This document shows, in pieces, positions 27,012-37,778 of a stretch of DNA of 64,000 nucleotides; position 1 is the first letter of the stretch, and every line of letters starts with the position of its first letter. A model generated the notes under the pieces. That model was given only the letters and a program-made list of their open reading frames with translations. It had not been told where the DNA came from and did not search any database. The stretch is from a virus, in the IMG/VR virus record IMGVR_UViG_3300002026_000015, positions 1 to 64,000 of that record. The stretch is one strand, 5' to 3'. Both the position numbers and the translations under genes were made by a program.

Positions 27012-29025
27012 TTACAAACTAGTCGTATCACACGCATTTCCCGCGCAAGCTGACTCTGACTGCACCGATGTGTTATCTTCAGTTTCGATAATGGAATTAA
27101 GATCGAAGTCTACAGAGCGTTCCATCAATATAGATGAAAGACGTTCATATTCTTCTTCAGTAATATCTTCATATCGGAGCTGAGGATAAGTTCCTCCGTC
27201 ATAATCGAGAAGAGAAATACCGTTATAAATGTTACGGTTTTCCCACATCCAATCAGTAATCATACCCCATTCATCAGGACGAACAGATACCGTTACAGAT
27301 ACATTGTGACAGTTAGTTCCTTCACGATGCGTTCCACGAATCCATTCCTTTCATAGGAATTGAAACACATGATTTTGTTTTAGGAGTATAGTAACTATCC
27401 TCAACAAATTCAGAACCAAGCACTTCAACGACGTGTTTATGCATAGGATTATCTTTTTCAAGATCAAATCTACGAATGAAATAATCATTGTGCCACGCAT
27501 GGATACCGGAAGAAGTTCCAAGAACAAGACTACACGTACCAGATGGTTTAACTGTACCGATACGTTTTGCAGGATTGATACCGATAAGGTTAGCAACTCG
27601 TTCATTTTCTTCAAGCGAAACTTTAGCAGCGATAGAAATATCGTAATCGAGAACTTTACCAGAACCGATGCCTGTCATAGATACGCCGAGAAGTGCGTCA
27701 TCTTCAGAGTTAATTCTCCATTTATCACGAAGATAATGGAAATCGGTATAACCAGCCTGAAGAGTTCCAAGGAATGTTGCATCTTTAACACGTTTATTAA
27801 GATCTTCCTGAGAAGTAATGTTAGACACATTAACCTCAGTAAGATTACAGAACTGACAGTCTTTAAGAGAGATCTCTGCACAAGGGTTGAAGAAGAGTTC
27901 CAAATCGTCAGTCCAGAAGATTCCTGGTTCACCAGCTTTAGAATTCTCAACCATAACCATGATTTCACGGAAACGCTCTTCAGATGTCACAGATCTAAGA
28001 AGAATTGCAGAATTGTTTGCAAGCTGACGCTGTTTTTCAAGCTTGTACCATGGGAGTTTACCGCCACTTGAGTGAAGCATATCGATATCCCACTGAGACA
28101 TTTCGATAGTTTTAATATCACCTTTGTACTCATATTCCATCATATATTCTGATGATGGACCTTCGCCAACAACATGTTTAATTTCACGAACGTCAATATC
28201 GAAATTACTTTTACAAGTAAGCATCTCTTCATCATCATGACTGAAGATGGAGATGAGAGCTGATCGACGAATACCGCCTGCAAGAACTGCATCGGAGATG
28301 TAACAAATAATGTCATGAACTTCGATAGGTTTAAGTTTAGCACCTTCCCCACGAGATTCAATAACATAATCGAAAACTTTACGGATACTGTGAATACAAT
28401 CGATAAGAGGTTCAGGACCAGGAGCGCGACCACCGGCGGTTTTGAGAAGTGATCCTTTAGGACGTATTTCTGAGAAGTCGTAATCAAGGTACGGTCGATC
28501 TTCAAAATAAGATCGTACAAGAGCTTTTATAGAATCCGCCCAACCCATGATACTATCTTGTACAATGAATTTACGGTGACGAGAAATAGGAGTTGTGATA
28601 GGCGGAAGTTGATCAACGTGATGTTTCTGAATAGAATAACCTACTCCAGAACCGCCAAGTAGAAGATACATGATTTCAGAGAATGCAACTGATGTATATA
28701 CTGCAAGAGCTGAACAGTTAAACATTCGAGATGCATTCATAAGGATAGGTTTTCCGGCAAATTGGAAACTTCTCATCGAAGGTACAGATTGTTTATCCAA
28801 TACAGATCCGCCAAATACACCATAAATCTCATCTGCAAGTTTTGGATATTTCCCAACATGCATATCAGCATTACGGTAGCAAAGCATTGGCCAGTCTTCA
28901 CGGCGTTGCAGTTTAGGAATATACTTTGCATATTTTGTAAAGATAATCATATCGGAGAGCATTTCCGATGGATTATTGTATTTAGACATCTTCTTTGACT
29001 CCATGATTCCGCTTTCGTCACTCAT
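27012..29025 (-). pseudogene. nrdJ: class II adenosylcobalamin-dependent ribonucleotide reductase, split by a frameshift/apparent deletion at about 27348
   Basis: FNCS, GGIRRSA, NPCAEI, CNLTE and TVKPSGT in 29025-27349; EWIRGTH..HNVS..WMWENR..YNG and C-terminal ACAGNAC in the +1 frame 27347-27012. Confidence 0.85.
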
Positions 29026-29078
29026 TAAGACTCCCAGTTAAACATTAAAAGAAATAAAAAATCGATGTATTATAGTGT

Positions 29079-29231
29079 TCACTTAGTTGAACACCCAATT
29101 ATCGCTTTGACTATAAACACTATCAAACCCAATGGTAAAACGACCGTAACAATAGTGTAAAACAATTTTACAAGACTTAACGCGATGTATAACATCACAT
29201 CTTCTTTTTTAGGCAATTGAAACTTCTTCAA
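29079..29231 (-). CDS. small membrane protein (50 aa, TTG start, not in ORF track)
   Basis: MKKFQLPKKEDVMLYIALSLVKLFYTIVTVVLPLGLIVFIVKAIIGCSTK; AAGGGG RBS; GACA-TCTGAT-TG at 29260-29271. Confidence 0.55.
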   Translation of the reverse strand: MKKFQLPKKEDVMLYIALSLVKLFYTIVTVVLPLGLIVFIVKAIIGCSTK

Positions 29232-29376
29232 GAGAAATCCCCTTATTTTAATTATCGTACAATCAGATGTCTAGTGAATAATAATTTTTTAATCAGTAGT
29301 AAACGTATATATTTAATACTGAGTAAGATGTTTTAAAGTTAATTCATCTGTTTATAACTTTACCAAAGGATTTTGT

Positions 29377-29592
29377 ATGTCAGAATCAAAATTTGCAAAA
29401 GCAGTACTGAAAAATGACAATGGTTGCCGTGGTTTTGATCTCGTTATGGGAGATCGTAGTTACGGTTTCTACCCTCTCGACAACAACCATGAAGGTGCAT
29501 CTCAGATGCAGATGGCGATTCGTGATGCTGAAGATTATGGATTTTCGGGAGTTATTTTCGAAAATGCAACAAATATCAACGTTTCTTTGTAA
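29377..29592 (+). CDS. small hypothetical protein (early)
   Basis: AAGGA RBS; early promoter near 29305; hairpin 29609-29636 downstream. Confidence 0.7.
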   Translation: MSESKFAKAVLKNDNGCRGFDLVMGDRSYGFYPLDNNHEGASQMQMAIRDAEDYGFSGVIFENATNINVSL

Positions 29593-29661
29593 TCAATAAT
29601 AAACTTTGAGGATTGGGATAAGCGTATCCCAATCCTTTGCATTAAAAAAAAGGAGTCTTGT

Positions 29662-30891
29662 ATGACAACAGATTTGAGAGCTTTCAATTACGGCAACTAC
29701 AAAATGGGCAGAAACTATATTTTCTTCGGAATGTATTTCCAGGTTCGTGGAGAAGAGAATCCTCCAGTAAACAATAACGCGGATATGTACAATCCGAAGT
29801 TTGCAAAAATCATCAGTGTAAATCCCAAAGTTCTCGTATTTTCAAAGGATAAGTTCTTTGATCCTGCAAACCATGAGCTTTACGAAATTGTCAACCTTGA
29901 AGAACTTATGAAAGGTGTCGGCAATTACGAAAATGTTTTTGAGAAATATCTCATTATCAAAAACACAACCACTGGCGAAATTTGTATTGAGCATAAAGAA
30001 CTCCTTTACAGACTTGAATCTTGGAAAATTCCAAGAATTTCACGGGCTTCGTCATCTGAAGATGTAGTAGTTACAATGGATCTCATGTTTATTGCAAATG
30101 CAGTAGACAAATCTCTTGAAAACAAAAGACGTTATGTAAGTGATGCGTTTGTAAATCATGAAGTGTTCAATCTTATCTGCAGAGTCATTTCAAATCATTA
30201 TATCAATCAACCAAGATATTTCCAAACAAAGTTTGATTCGGAAGGAACTATCGAGTTCTTGGACAATCTTGTATACAGTATGATGAAAAAGTGTACAGAT
30301 AAAGATGATATCATCTTTCCGAGAACAATTCAAACTTTCATGAATGTAAAACGTTTTGCAAACAAACTATTTGGAGATTTTACAATTCTTCAGATGATCG
30401 ATACCCTTAATGGAGAAAACGTTAAATTTGATAAAGAATTTGTAAATGCAAGATATGGCGATGCATGTATGCATCCTGCAAATCGAATCATTGCAGATGA
30501 TGTTACGAAGAAAGTTTTATCTGAGGTTCGGAATAAATACGCTGAAGCTGGTAATGATCTCATAAGTAAAGCATTTGCAAATCATCCGACGCTCGTACAT
30601 AGATGCTATAGAGAGTCTACAACAATTGTGGAATTTCTTGAAAATCTTTGTGAGATTGAAGATTTCAAATACATATTTGAGAGATTCGATTTACCAACAC
30701 TCCTAACATTCCTTGAGAATGAGTTTGAAGAGTTCTTTACAAAACTCTATACAAATTTCTTCAAAACTGTTATGGAGGGTGCGTTCTCAACTTGGTCGAA
30801 CAATATTGTTATTGAAGTTGATACTTCAGTTGTAAATAAAGATTTCATGGTTGATGGTAAGAAACCATATAAAATGGAGTTTGGACAATGA
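29662..30891 (+). CDS. hypothetical protein
   Basis: 409 aa, AGGAG RBS. Confidence 0.8.
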   Translation: MTTDLRAFNYGNYKMGRNYIFFGMYFQVRGEENPPVNNNADMYNPKFAKIISVNPKVLVFSKDKFFDPANHELYEIVNLEELMKGVGNYENVFEKYLIIKNTTTGEICIEHKELLYRLESWKIPRISRASSSEDVVVTMDLMFIANAVDKSLENKRRYVSDAFVNHEVFNLICRVISNHYINQPRYFQTKFDSEGTIEFLDNLVYSMMKKCTDKDDIIFPRTIQTFMNVKRFANKLFGDFTILQMIDTLNGENVKFDKEFVNARYGDACMHPANRIIADDVTKKVLSEVRNKYAEAGNDLISKAFANHPTLVHRCYRESTTIVEFLENLCEIEDFKYIFERFDLPTLLTFLENEFEEFFTKLYTNFFKTVMEGAFSTWSNNIVIEVDTSVVNKDFMVDGKKPYKMEFGQ

Positions 30892-31280
30892 GTACAGATT
30901 TTAAAATGGGGAGCTTCAAAGATGAAAATGGTAACGAATTTACCATAAGTATTCATGAAGGTTCAAGTCGGTTATCGTTGTGTTTGGACGTTTCAAATCC
31001 TGATCCAGAGACTCTTGAAAAGGTTGAGATACTTGATTGTGACGATAAAACTGAGGTTAGTATTTATTCCAATCGAGGTGTAACCAAAGAGTTTCTCATG
31101 GAAATGCGTAAAAACATTGACGAGATGATCAACTGGATAGGTTATGGAGAGGTTGCGGTTGAGGAATGTATCTCTAGAAATGGTACAATGTATCCTAAAG
31201 GATCATTTGAGAAATCTGTTAAAGAGTTTCAGGATAAAATTACTAAAAATAGTGTGTACGGAACTCTCAACTTGCAGTAA
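30888..31280 (+). CDS. hypothetical protein
   Basis: ATGA overlap, GGAG RBS. Confidence 0.7.
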   Translation: MSTDFKMGSFKDENGNEFTISIHEGSSRLSLCLDVSNPDPETLEKVEILDCDDKTEVSIYSNRGVTKEFLMEMRKNIDEMINWIGYGEVAVEECISRNGTMYPKGSFEKSVKEFQDKITKNSVYGTLNLQ

Positions 31281-31353
31281 ATTAAGTTTAAAGATACTGG
31301 AGCCATCCCGTATCTTTTTATTACTCATTAAACAATTAAATACGAGCTATATT

Positions 31354-31695
31354 ATGGATGATGATAAAAATTCAGTCGTATTGGACTTATTAAGATCTGG
31401 AGATTTTAAAAGCAAAAGACAGCTTGACAAATTCATATGGGACTCTGCTCTACGATGTTTAGATATGGTAATTCTATCTAGGATTGAAAAAGGTCAGGAT
31501 ATATCTGACGAAAAACCATATTATCAAGTGTATTATAGTACATACAGAAAAATGAAATCGGATGCAGATGAAGCTTGGGAAATTTACACTACTGGAAAAT
31601 CTCCAAATACTTCAAAACCGGAAACTAAAAAATCTAATATTCTGAATGGAATTATAGATAAAATAATAAAACTTTTATCAAGGTTGAAAAAATGA
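31354..31695 (+). CDS. hypothetical protein
   Basis: start reassigned after AACA-ATTAAA-TA (31331-31342). Confidence 0.6.
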   Translation: MDDDKNSVVLDLLRSGDFKSKRQLDKFIWDSALRCLDMVILSRIEKGQDISDEKPYYQVYYSTYRKMKSDADEAWEIYTTGKSPNTSKPETKKSNILNGIIDKIIKLLSRLKK

Positions 31696-32030
31696 AGGCG
31701 AAAGAATACGCTTCAAAATTCGACAAGTGCAGAGATACCGAAGAAGAGATTATTAACGATCTCAGAGAACTCATGTCGGAGTTTTATAACGAATTTGCCG
31801 ATGGATTGTATATTCCAAAAGGTAAAGTATCGCCTGTGCAGAAACAACATGTGTACGCTAAAGTTAATTCTCGTATTATGGAATTCCATAAAAAATGGGT
31901 TTCTATGTGCGATCTTATACGTAGCGTTGAATTGAAGAAATCTGGATTCTTAGGGATGCTTAAAACTAGATCCGAAGCAATTTATAATGATTTCTTGAAA
32001 CTATATCCTGACATTATCGGAAAGGAATAA
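31692..32030 (+). CDS. hypothetical protein
   Basis: ATGA overlap. Confidence 0.7.
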   Translation: MKAKEYASKFDKCRDTEEEIINDLRELMSEFYNEFADGLYIPKGKVSPVQKQHVYAKVNSRIMEFHKKWVSMCDLIRSVELKKSGFLGMLKTRSEAIYNDFLKLYPDIIGKE

Positions 32031-32031
32031 C

Positions 32032-33207
32032 ATGAGTCGCTTTACAATATCCCTACACGGGTTTGGTAATGATGAAAAGAATCTGTTTGGTATGCTTGAT
32101 CGCGATAGATTTGTATTCGTAGAAGATGAATTTCATATCTGCGGAAATAAAGTTATCAGTTCGGCAGATGTAATTGTTTCAAGAAATTTCGATTCTCGTA
32201 TTTGGAATAATCTCAAGTTTATTGGTTCAGCTAGAGCTATCGGTCTACCATTCATGGGTAAACCTATACAGAATCTTACTCTTAAGAAACTGAAGATAAA
32301 TACTCCCAGAATGATAGCATCTCTTGTAACAACAAATAATCAATACGGGAATGCTGCAACATTGATGTACCTTGGAAATAAGATTGGAATTGATAATGAA
32401 AATCGCGAATTCATTTTCAAATCAAACTTTGCAGCAAGAGGTGTTAATCAGTTCAAGGTTAAACTCAAGGATATAGGTAGATTGAATGATGCTTATGCTC
32501 AGAGAATCATCGAAGATCCTTTCAGTGTAAAATTGTATAGTGAAGCTCTACCAAAAGGAAGTGTTCATCATCACGATTTCCTTTCTAAAGCAACTGAACC
32601 TGCTATAGATGTTGGATCAGAGAATAATGTACAACCAGAAGTTTCGGAAGAATCTGCTAAAATCGAGAGATATCGTAAAATATGGGATCAAACTTCTATT
32701 AACGATATAACTCAATGGCATTTGTCTGAAAATCTTGACGATGTATATCATAAAGATTATGATCCAATTGCAGAGATTTTTCGTAAAGAATACCGGATGG
32801 TATTGTTTTACGACGATAAAGATCCTGTAGTCATTAAGCGTGAGCGGAATGATGAAAAATGTGATTGGCAGTTCAATGAAGAAGATGAAGATGTAACATC
32901 AGCTTTCAAGTACAATTCATGTCCTTCTGAAGTTCAAAATATCATTGACAAGTTTACAAAATATATGAGAGAAGAGAGAATTCCTTTCTTATCGATAGAT
33001 TTGTATCTTATCTGTAAACGGTATAATGAACCCGGTTTCATGGATCTCGAAGGAGAATCTATCATTGAAGCTGGAGTATTTGAATTTCAAATGGAAATGG
33101 GATATTCAAGACATACCACTCTTAATGGATTGGTATCGAAAATGAATAAATCGATGTTTAGACTTATTGAAAACGTTTTATTAGAGGAGAGAAAAAATGG
33201 CTTTTAA
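32032..33207 (+). CDS. putative ATP-grasp fold protein
   Basis: INTP, FIFK...ARG..Q, EYRM, SIDL and VFEF motifs in ATP-grasp order. Confidence 0.55.
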   Translation: MSRFTISLHGFGNDEKNLFGMLDRDRFVFVEDEFHICGNKVISSADVIVSRNFDSRIWNNLKFIGSARAIGLPFMGKPIQNLTLKKLKINTPRMIASLVTTNNQYGNAATLMYLGNKIGIDNENREFIFKSNFAARGVNQFKVKLKDIGRLNDAYAQRIIEDPFSVKLYSEALPKGSVHHHDFLSKATEPAIDVGSENNVQPEVSEESAKIERYRKIWDQTSINDITQWHLSENLDDVYHKDYDPIAEIFRKEYRMVLFYDDKDPVVIKRERNDEKCDWQFNEEDEDVTSAFKYNSCPSEVQNIIDKFTKYMREERIPFLSIDLYLICKRYNEPGFMDLEGESIIEAGVFEFQMEMGYSRHTTLNGLVSKMNKSMFRLIENVLLEERKNGF

Positions 33208-33748
33208 AGTAACAGAATGGATAGACCATTGGCAGAAATCTATTGGAACTGGTGTCGATATTAAAGATGCAATCGTTGAAGTTACTGGCCAGCAGCAGGT
33301 TGCAGATGATCCTGTAAAGCTTGATATCATCGTTGCAATGAAAGGTTCTTCAATTGAAGAGTTTGCAAAATCTATGGGCGATGGTTGTGTTATAGCTATG
33401 AATCGTGCAGAGATAATCGGTTTGAAGCTTACACCATCAATATTGATGGCAATTGCATGTAATTGTGAAAATCCTGGTAAAGTTGTATTACTTGTAACGG
33501 CGATTCGATTGTTCTGGAATAGAATGAACCCATTCAGCCCAGATGAGCCAACTGAAGTTGACGCAAATTGGTTCTTTACAGTATTTAACATACTCCCAAA
33601 TGACAAAAGTCTTCAGGAGTTATGGGAAATGCAAAAGTGTACAAATGAGAAACGCAGTTCGTTCAGCTCAGACAACTGGTTCGACCGTCCAAGTCTGTTT
33701 ATTCTCCATGATGGAAAATCTGAGACTATCGAATTTATTGATGATTAA
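33197..33748 (+). CDS. hypothetical protein
   Basis: 183 aa, GAGGAG RBS; terminator 33757-33785. Confidence 0.75.
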   Translation: MAFKVTEWIDHWQKSIGTGVDIKDAIVEVTGQQQVADDPVKLDIIVAMKGSSIEEFAKSMGDGCVIAMNRAEIIGLKLTPSILMAIACNCENPGKVVLLVTAIRLFWNRMNPFSPDEPTEVDANWFFTVFNILPNDKSLQELWEMQKCTNEKRSSFSSDNWFDRPSLFILHDGKSETIEFIDD

Positions 33749-33803
33749 ATAGTAATGGGTAGGGAATATCTCCCTACCCTTCTTTAAATGTAAGGATTAT
33801 CAA

Positions 33804-34370
33804 TTGTTAAGAAATATAATTGACAGATTAATATCATGGTATACTGTCAGAAAATGTAGAGTCGGCGATGTTATCGTCATCGAAAGTAAACTTCTCAAAA
33901 CTTTCAGCTATGTGTTTATAACAAATATACATGGAGATGGAATTTCAGGTTATGAAGTAAATGTTGGATGTAATACATTGAATGCTGTCACGCGAAGTGT
34001 TGGCGATTACACAGAACCAGAATATGCTCCACGTATAACTAATGGTTCAAATGTCATACGTATTTTGGATATACAAGTTCCTTTGAGAAAAGAACTTGTT
34101 GAAGAAATACTATTGTTTGACGCTAAAAATAGCGTTAAACGTATGATATACCGTGTACAACTCCTTAAAGAATGTATAACCGCTAACGGTAAAGTACTCA
34201 ATGATCATCATTCTATAACCGAGTTTAAGAATGTTTTCCAATTCCTTAAACCTATAGAACATTTTGGAAATCTCGACAAAGCTATGATTTCTTTAAACAT
34301 CGCGATAACTGTGACGAAACTTGATATCCTTGAAAAAGCGGTTAGATCATTTACAACGGATGATATATGA
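33804..34370 (+). CDS. hypothetical protein
   Basis: 188 aa, TTG start with AAGGA RBS. Confidence 0.65.
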   Translation: MLRNIIDRLISWYTVRKCRVGDVIVIESKLLKTFSYVFITNIHGDGISGYEVNVGCNTLNAVTRSVGDYTEPEYAPRITNGSNVIRILDIQVPLRKELVEEILLFDAKNSVKRMIYRVQLLKECITANGKVLNDHHSITEFKNVFQFLKPIEHFGNLDKAMISLNIAITVTKLDILEKAVRSFTTDDI

Positions 34371-34858
34371 AATATAAAGTAAATAAGCGCAATGGGCGAC
34401 CAATGTCCAGACATGAACGGTTGGAAAAACATATGCGTAAGCAGAGAGAGTATTTCCAACCAATCTACGAGCGTCAGAACTTTAAGAAGTATGCAGATCT
34501 TCTTGGAATTAAATTGTTAACTGTAAACTTCAAGTCGAAAGAATGGAGTAATAATACATTTTCCAAGAATATAACCTTGGTAAATCAAATTATTACAAAA
34601 GGAGTTACTTACGATAGTGATATGATACTTGTAAGAACTCTTGACAAATTCTACTACGTTCATAAATGTAGATGGTTTATCCCAGATGGGATTCCATACA
34701 CAAACAGTGAAATAACTGAAATTATGAAAATGATGTATGATAAGGCTACATCTACCGAAGTTCCAAAGAGTTGGTTATTTCAACCATATTCTGAAGAGTT
34801 TAGTGAAAGCTCAAGACACAATACTGAAGAGTTGCGTGCGTTTATAAACGCTGAATAA
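34367..34858 (+). CDS. hypothetical protein
   Basis: ATGA overlap. Confidence 0.7.
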   Translation: MKYKVNKRNGRPMSRHERLEKHMRKQREYFQPIYERQNFKKYADLLGIKLLTVNFKSKEWSNNTFSKNITLVNQIITKGVTYDSDMILVRTLDKFYYVHKCRWFIPDGIPYTNSEITEIMKMMYDKATSTEVPKSWLFQPYSEEFSESSRHNTEELRAFINAE

Positions 34859-34868
34859 AGAGGATATT

Positions 34869-35120
34869 ATGGGAATGTCAGATTGTCCTAAGTGTTGGGA
34901 AACTCCTTGCGTATGCGGTTATGGGTATAGAGATTGGGATAGGACTCGTATCCAGAACCAAATAAAAATGTTACAAGGTATATTGGATAGTAGAGAAGTT
35001 AAAGATCCTACTCCTCCAAAACCTGTAATATCGCATATTCCTAAAGAGCTTAAAGCTAAAATGTCTACACCATATGGTTCATTTGAGGATAATTTAAACA
35101 AAGTGTTTTATAACAAATAA
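34869..35120 (+). CDS. small protein with N-terminal CxxC..PCxC motif
   Basis: MSDCPKCWETPCVCG. Confidence 0.7.
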   Translation: MGMSDCPKCWETPCVCGYGYRDWDRTRIQNQIKMLQGILDSREVKDPTPPKPVISHIPKELKAKMSTPYGSFEDNLNKVFYNK

Positions 35121-35168
35121 GAAGGAGGGCGATTAAGCCCTCCAACTTATTTTTTTTGTAGATCTATA

Positions 35169-36995
35169 TTAGATCATCGCGTCCTGTTTGGCAACGATTT
35201 CACTGTAAAGATTAACAGGGTTGGTAAGATTGATCTTAACCGCAACAAGAGACAGGATATCCCAAGTATCATGGAACCAATACTGAATAGCATCGATACC
35301 AAGGTTACGAGGATCGCGGCTCTTAACGATACGGAAATCGAATCCGTGATATACACCAGTAGGCTGAACCTTAGGAGTATTAGAACGGAGGAAACCATAT
35401 ACTGGACGGTTAGCCCAACGTTTGTCCGAAGACCCGATGAACTTAACGCGCTGACCGAAGTTGTCAGAATATGCGAAAGTAGTCATCTTTTTGAATCCGA
35501 AACGAGATTCACCAGAAGCTTCACCAGATTCAGTATTATATTTAGTGTCAACGAAACGTTTAACGTCACGCTGATAACCAACGAATACCCATTCACGGTC
35601 TGCTTCTTGAGAGATCAATGTATCGGTTTCAGCAAGGATAAGCATGTTAGACAGCGTGTCCTTGATTCCTTCTTCGATCCAGCTAAGTGGACGTTCGCCA
35701 CCGATACCACGGAGTGTAAGGTCGATGTTCTGTTCCATTACGAAACCACCGAGTTTACGTGTCGCGATATAACGGTTAAGGAGGGCAGGGTTAGAAATAC
35801 ACTGATTAATATTGTTAATCATATGTTTTTCCATATCGTTATCATTTGTACCGGCAAGAATTGTTGAGAATTCATTTGATACATATTTAACGATGTCAGC
35901 ATTACCTGTACCAACCGCTGTGAACTCATCCATAACAGTATCCATTGCGAGAGGCAAAGACATTGTTTTACGAGGATTCGCAACGATACGAGCAGTAATC
36001 ACATCACGACCGTGACGGACAGTAGCTGCCTGGTTTGTTGGGTTAAGGAATGCGATATCAAAAGTGAAACCTTTGATACGGCCGGTTGAACACGCTGTAG
36101 CACGATATTCGCCCGAGTCACGGTTTACATAGACGGTGAAGAAATCTTCAACTACTGAGTTATCAGCAAGTGTAAGATGAACTTCAACACCAACGTGACG
36201 TACAGAAACAACGTCTCCACCGAAGCCTTTTACTTCAGCACGAGCAGCAACGATCATTTCTTTATAAGCGAGAGGATCTGTGCCGTTACCCGCAACTGTA
36301 TCGTCATAAACGATAGAGTCAACACGGATGTCTTCAGCAAGTGCCCAGTCACGAAGATCTTTACCAGATTCAGTGATTGCATTACCCTTTGAACCGAGTT
36401 TTGCAAAACCTTTTGAACTGATTTTCATAACGTGAGTTGCGCCAGCGTTACCAGCGGTGTCCAGAAGAGTTACATGCTGCGCATTAAGCATACCAGAGAT
36501 GGAACCATCACGGATAGCCTGTGGAAGCATCTTACGGTCTGCAGGATTGGTAGAGTTACTATCAATTGCGTACGCAAGTTCAAACTGGATAGGGAATTCG
36601 CGTTTGTCATGATCCAAAGGTTTATAAACGTCAAGCATAAGTGCTTTAGCGTTATATCCAAGGATTGTTGCAGGCGCGAAACAGTCAAGTGCACCAACGT
36701 TGGTACCTGGCTGAGTTGTATGGTCGAAACCTTCTTCAGAACGAAGCAATGAAGCTGCAGATCCTGTAGAGTGGGTTTTCATTGAATTTTTAATCTGTCC
36801 GCTAATCAAACTACGAACGCTCTCTTCAGACACATCTGCAAGGAGCACATCGAGGTATGACTCTGTTGCTACAGCATCGCCGAAAATTCGACTAAGGTTT
36901 TCGTTTTTGAACGGGTCAAAACGATACTCAGATTCGAAAGTCTGACGGAGCTGATCGATGCGACCATTAATCGGCTGATCAACAATCTTTGCCAT
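35169..36995 (-). CDS. probable major capsid protein precursor
   Basis: 608 aa, strong high-expression codon bias, AGGAGG RBS, near the prohead protease, candidate processing site SEE/GF at aa 86-90. Confidence 0.65.
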   Translation of the reverse strand: MAKIVDQPINGRIDQLRQTFESEYRFDPFKNENLSRIFGDAVATESYLDVLLADVSEESVRSLISGQIKNSMKTHSTGSAASLLRSEEGFDHTTQPGTNVGALDCFAPATILGYNAKALMLDVYKPLDHDKREFPIQFELAYAIDSNSTNPADRKMLPQAIRDGSISGMLNAQHVTLLDTAGNAGATHVMKISSKGFAKLGSKGNAITESGKDLRDWALAEDIRVDSIVYDDTVAGNGTDPLAYKEMIVAARAEVKGFGGDVVSVRHVGVEVHLTLADNSVVEDFFTVYVNRDSGEYRATACSTGRIKGFTFDIAFLNPTNQAATVRHGRDVITARIVANPRKTMSLPLAMDTVMDEFTAVGTGNADIVKYVSNEFSTILAGTNDNDMEKHMINNINQCISNPALLNRYIATRKLGGFVMEQNIDLTLRGIGGERPLSWIEEGIKDTLSNMLILAETDTLISQEADREWVFVGYQRDVKRFVDTKYNTESGEASGESRFGFKKMTTFAYSDNFGQRVKFIGSSDKRWANRPVYGFLRSNTPKVQPTGVYHGFDFRIVKSRDPRNLGIDAIQYWFHDTWDILSLVAVKINLTNPVNLYSEIVAKQDAMI

Positions 36996-37019
36996 CGTAT
37001 TCCTCCTAAAAATTTTTAC

Positions 37020-37760
37020 TTATTTACCAATGATTCCAGCAAAAGCTTTTACGCATATAGCATATCTGAGAAGAATTACATCCACATCTTTCACTTTATT
37101 GACGGATTCATTGATAAGACGAACGCTATCTAGCAACTTTCCCAACGCTTCCAACTTGACGGGTTTTCTAACGAAGTTCGGTCCATTTGCTATTTTGTCC
37201 ATACTATCTTTGATAGCATCATATAATTGCAAGAGTTTCTCTGATATCAATACGCGACGGTTATAACTAAGGTGAGGATCCACTGCTGGATCATCAACAC
37301 TCTGATCCGACGTATCATCAGAAGAAGTATCATCTGTAGCACCCTCTGAACCATCGTTAGATGAGTCATCAGAAGTTCCGTCAGAGTTATCTCCCTCAGC
37401 TATACCGTCGGCGTTATCAGTTTCGCCAGTTTCATCACTACTGTTATTTGGATTGGGTTGGTCTACACCACTTTGACTTTGATCATTCGGAGCGTTGTCT
37501 TCCTGATCACCGTCCATAGGTGTACCAGTATCTCCACTCGTAGCAATGTCACCAAGCGCCTCTAATCCACTAATTTGTTCTTTTTTATTGATATTGCTCT
37601 GAATATCAAGATTACCTTGTCCAAGAATCAAAAGCCAATCTATGTTGCCAGTTTTAGTGACATCTCTCATTTCACCATTTGAATGAGAGACGCCATCTAA
37701 ACCAACTTCACCGACTCTTGTACTGGCAGGTTTTCTGTAAAACATTCCAACGTTTTCCAT
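37020..37760 (-). CDS. acidic low-complexity head/scaffold-like protein
   Basis: D/S/G-rich middle, helical C-terminus, directly upstream of the capsid gene. Confidence 0.55.
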   Translation of the reverse strand: MENVGMFYRKPASTRVGEVGLDGVSHSNGEMRDVTKTGNIDWLLILGQGNLDIQSNINKKEQISGLEALGDIATSGDTGTPMDGDQEDNAPNDQSQSGVDQPNPNNSSDETGETDNADGIAEGDNSDGTSDDSSNDGSEGATDDTSSDDTSDQSVDDPAVDPHLSYNRRVLISEKLLQLYDAIKDSMDKIANGPNFVRKPVKLEALGKLLDSVRLINESVNKVKDVDVILLRYAICVKAFAGIIGK

Positions 37761-37778
37761 TTAACCTATCCTCCAAAC

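Noticed and set aside
27433-28071. 212-aa + strand ORF (also 35271-35867, 43658-44185, 56743-57396 and similar)
   Set aside because: These are antisense shadows of strongly codon-biased real genes, with no RBS or promoter support.
28050-28210. Mini-intein in the RNR
   Set aside because: Too short, and lacks the C-terminal HN-C/S/T junction.
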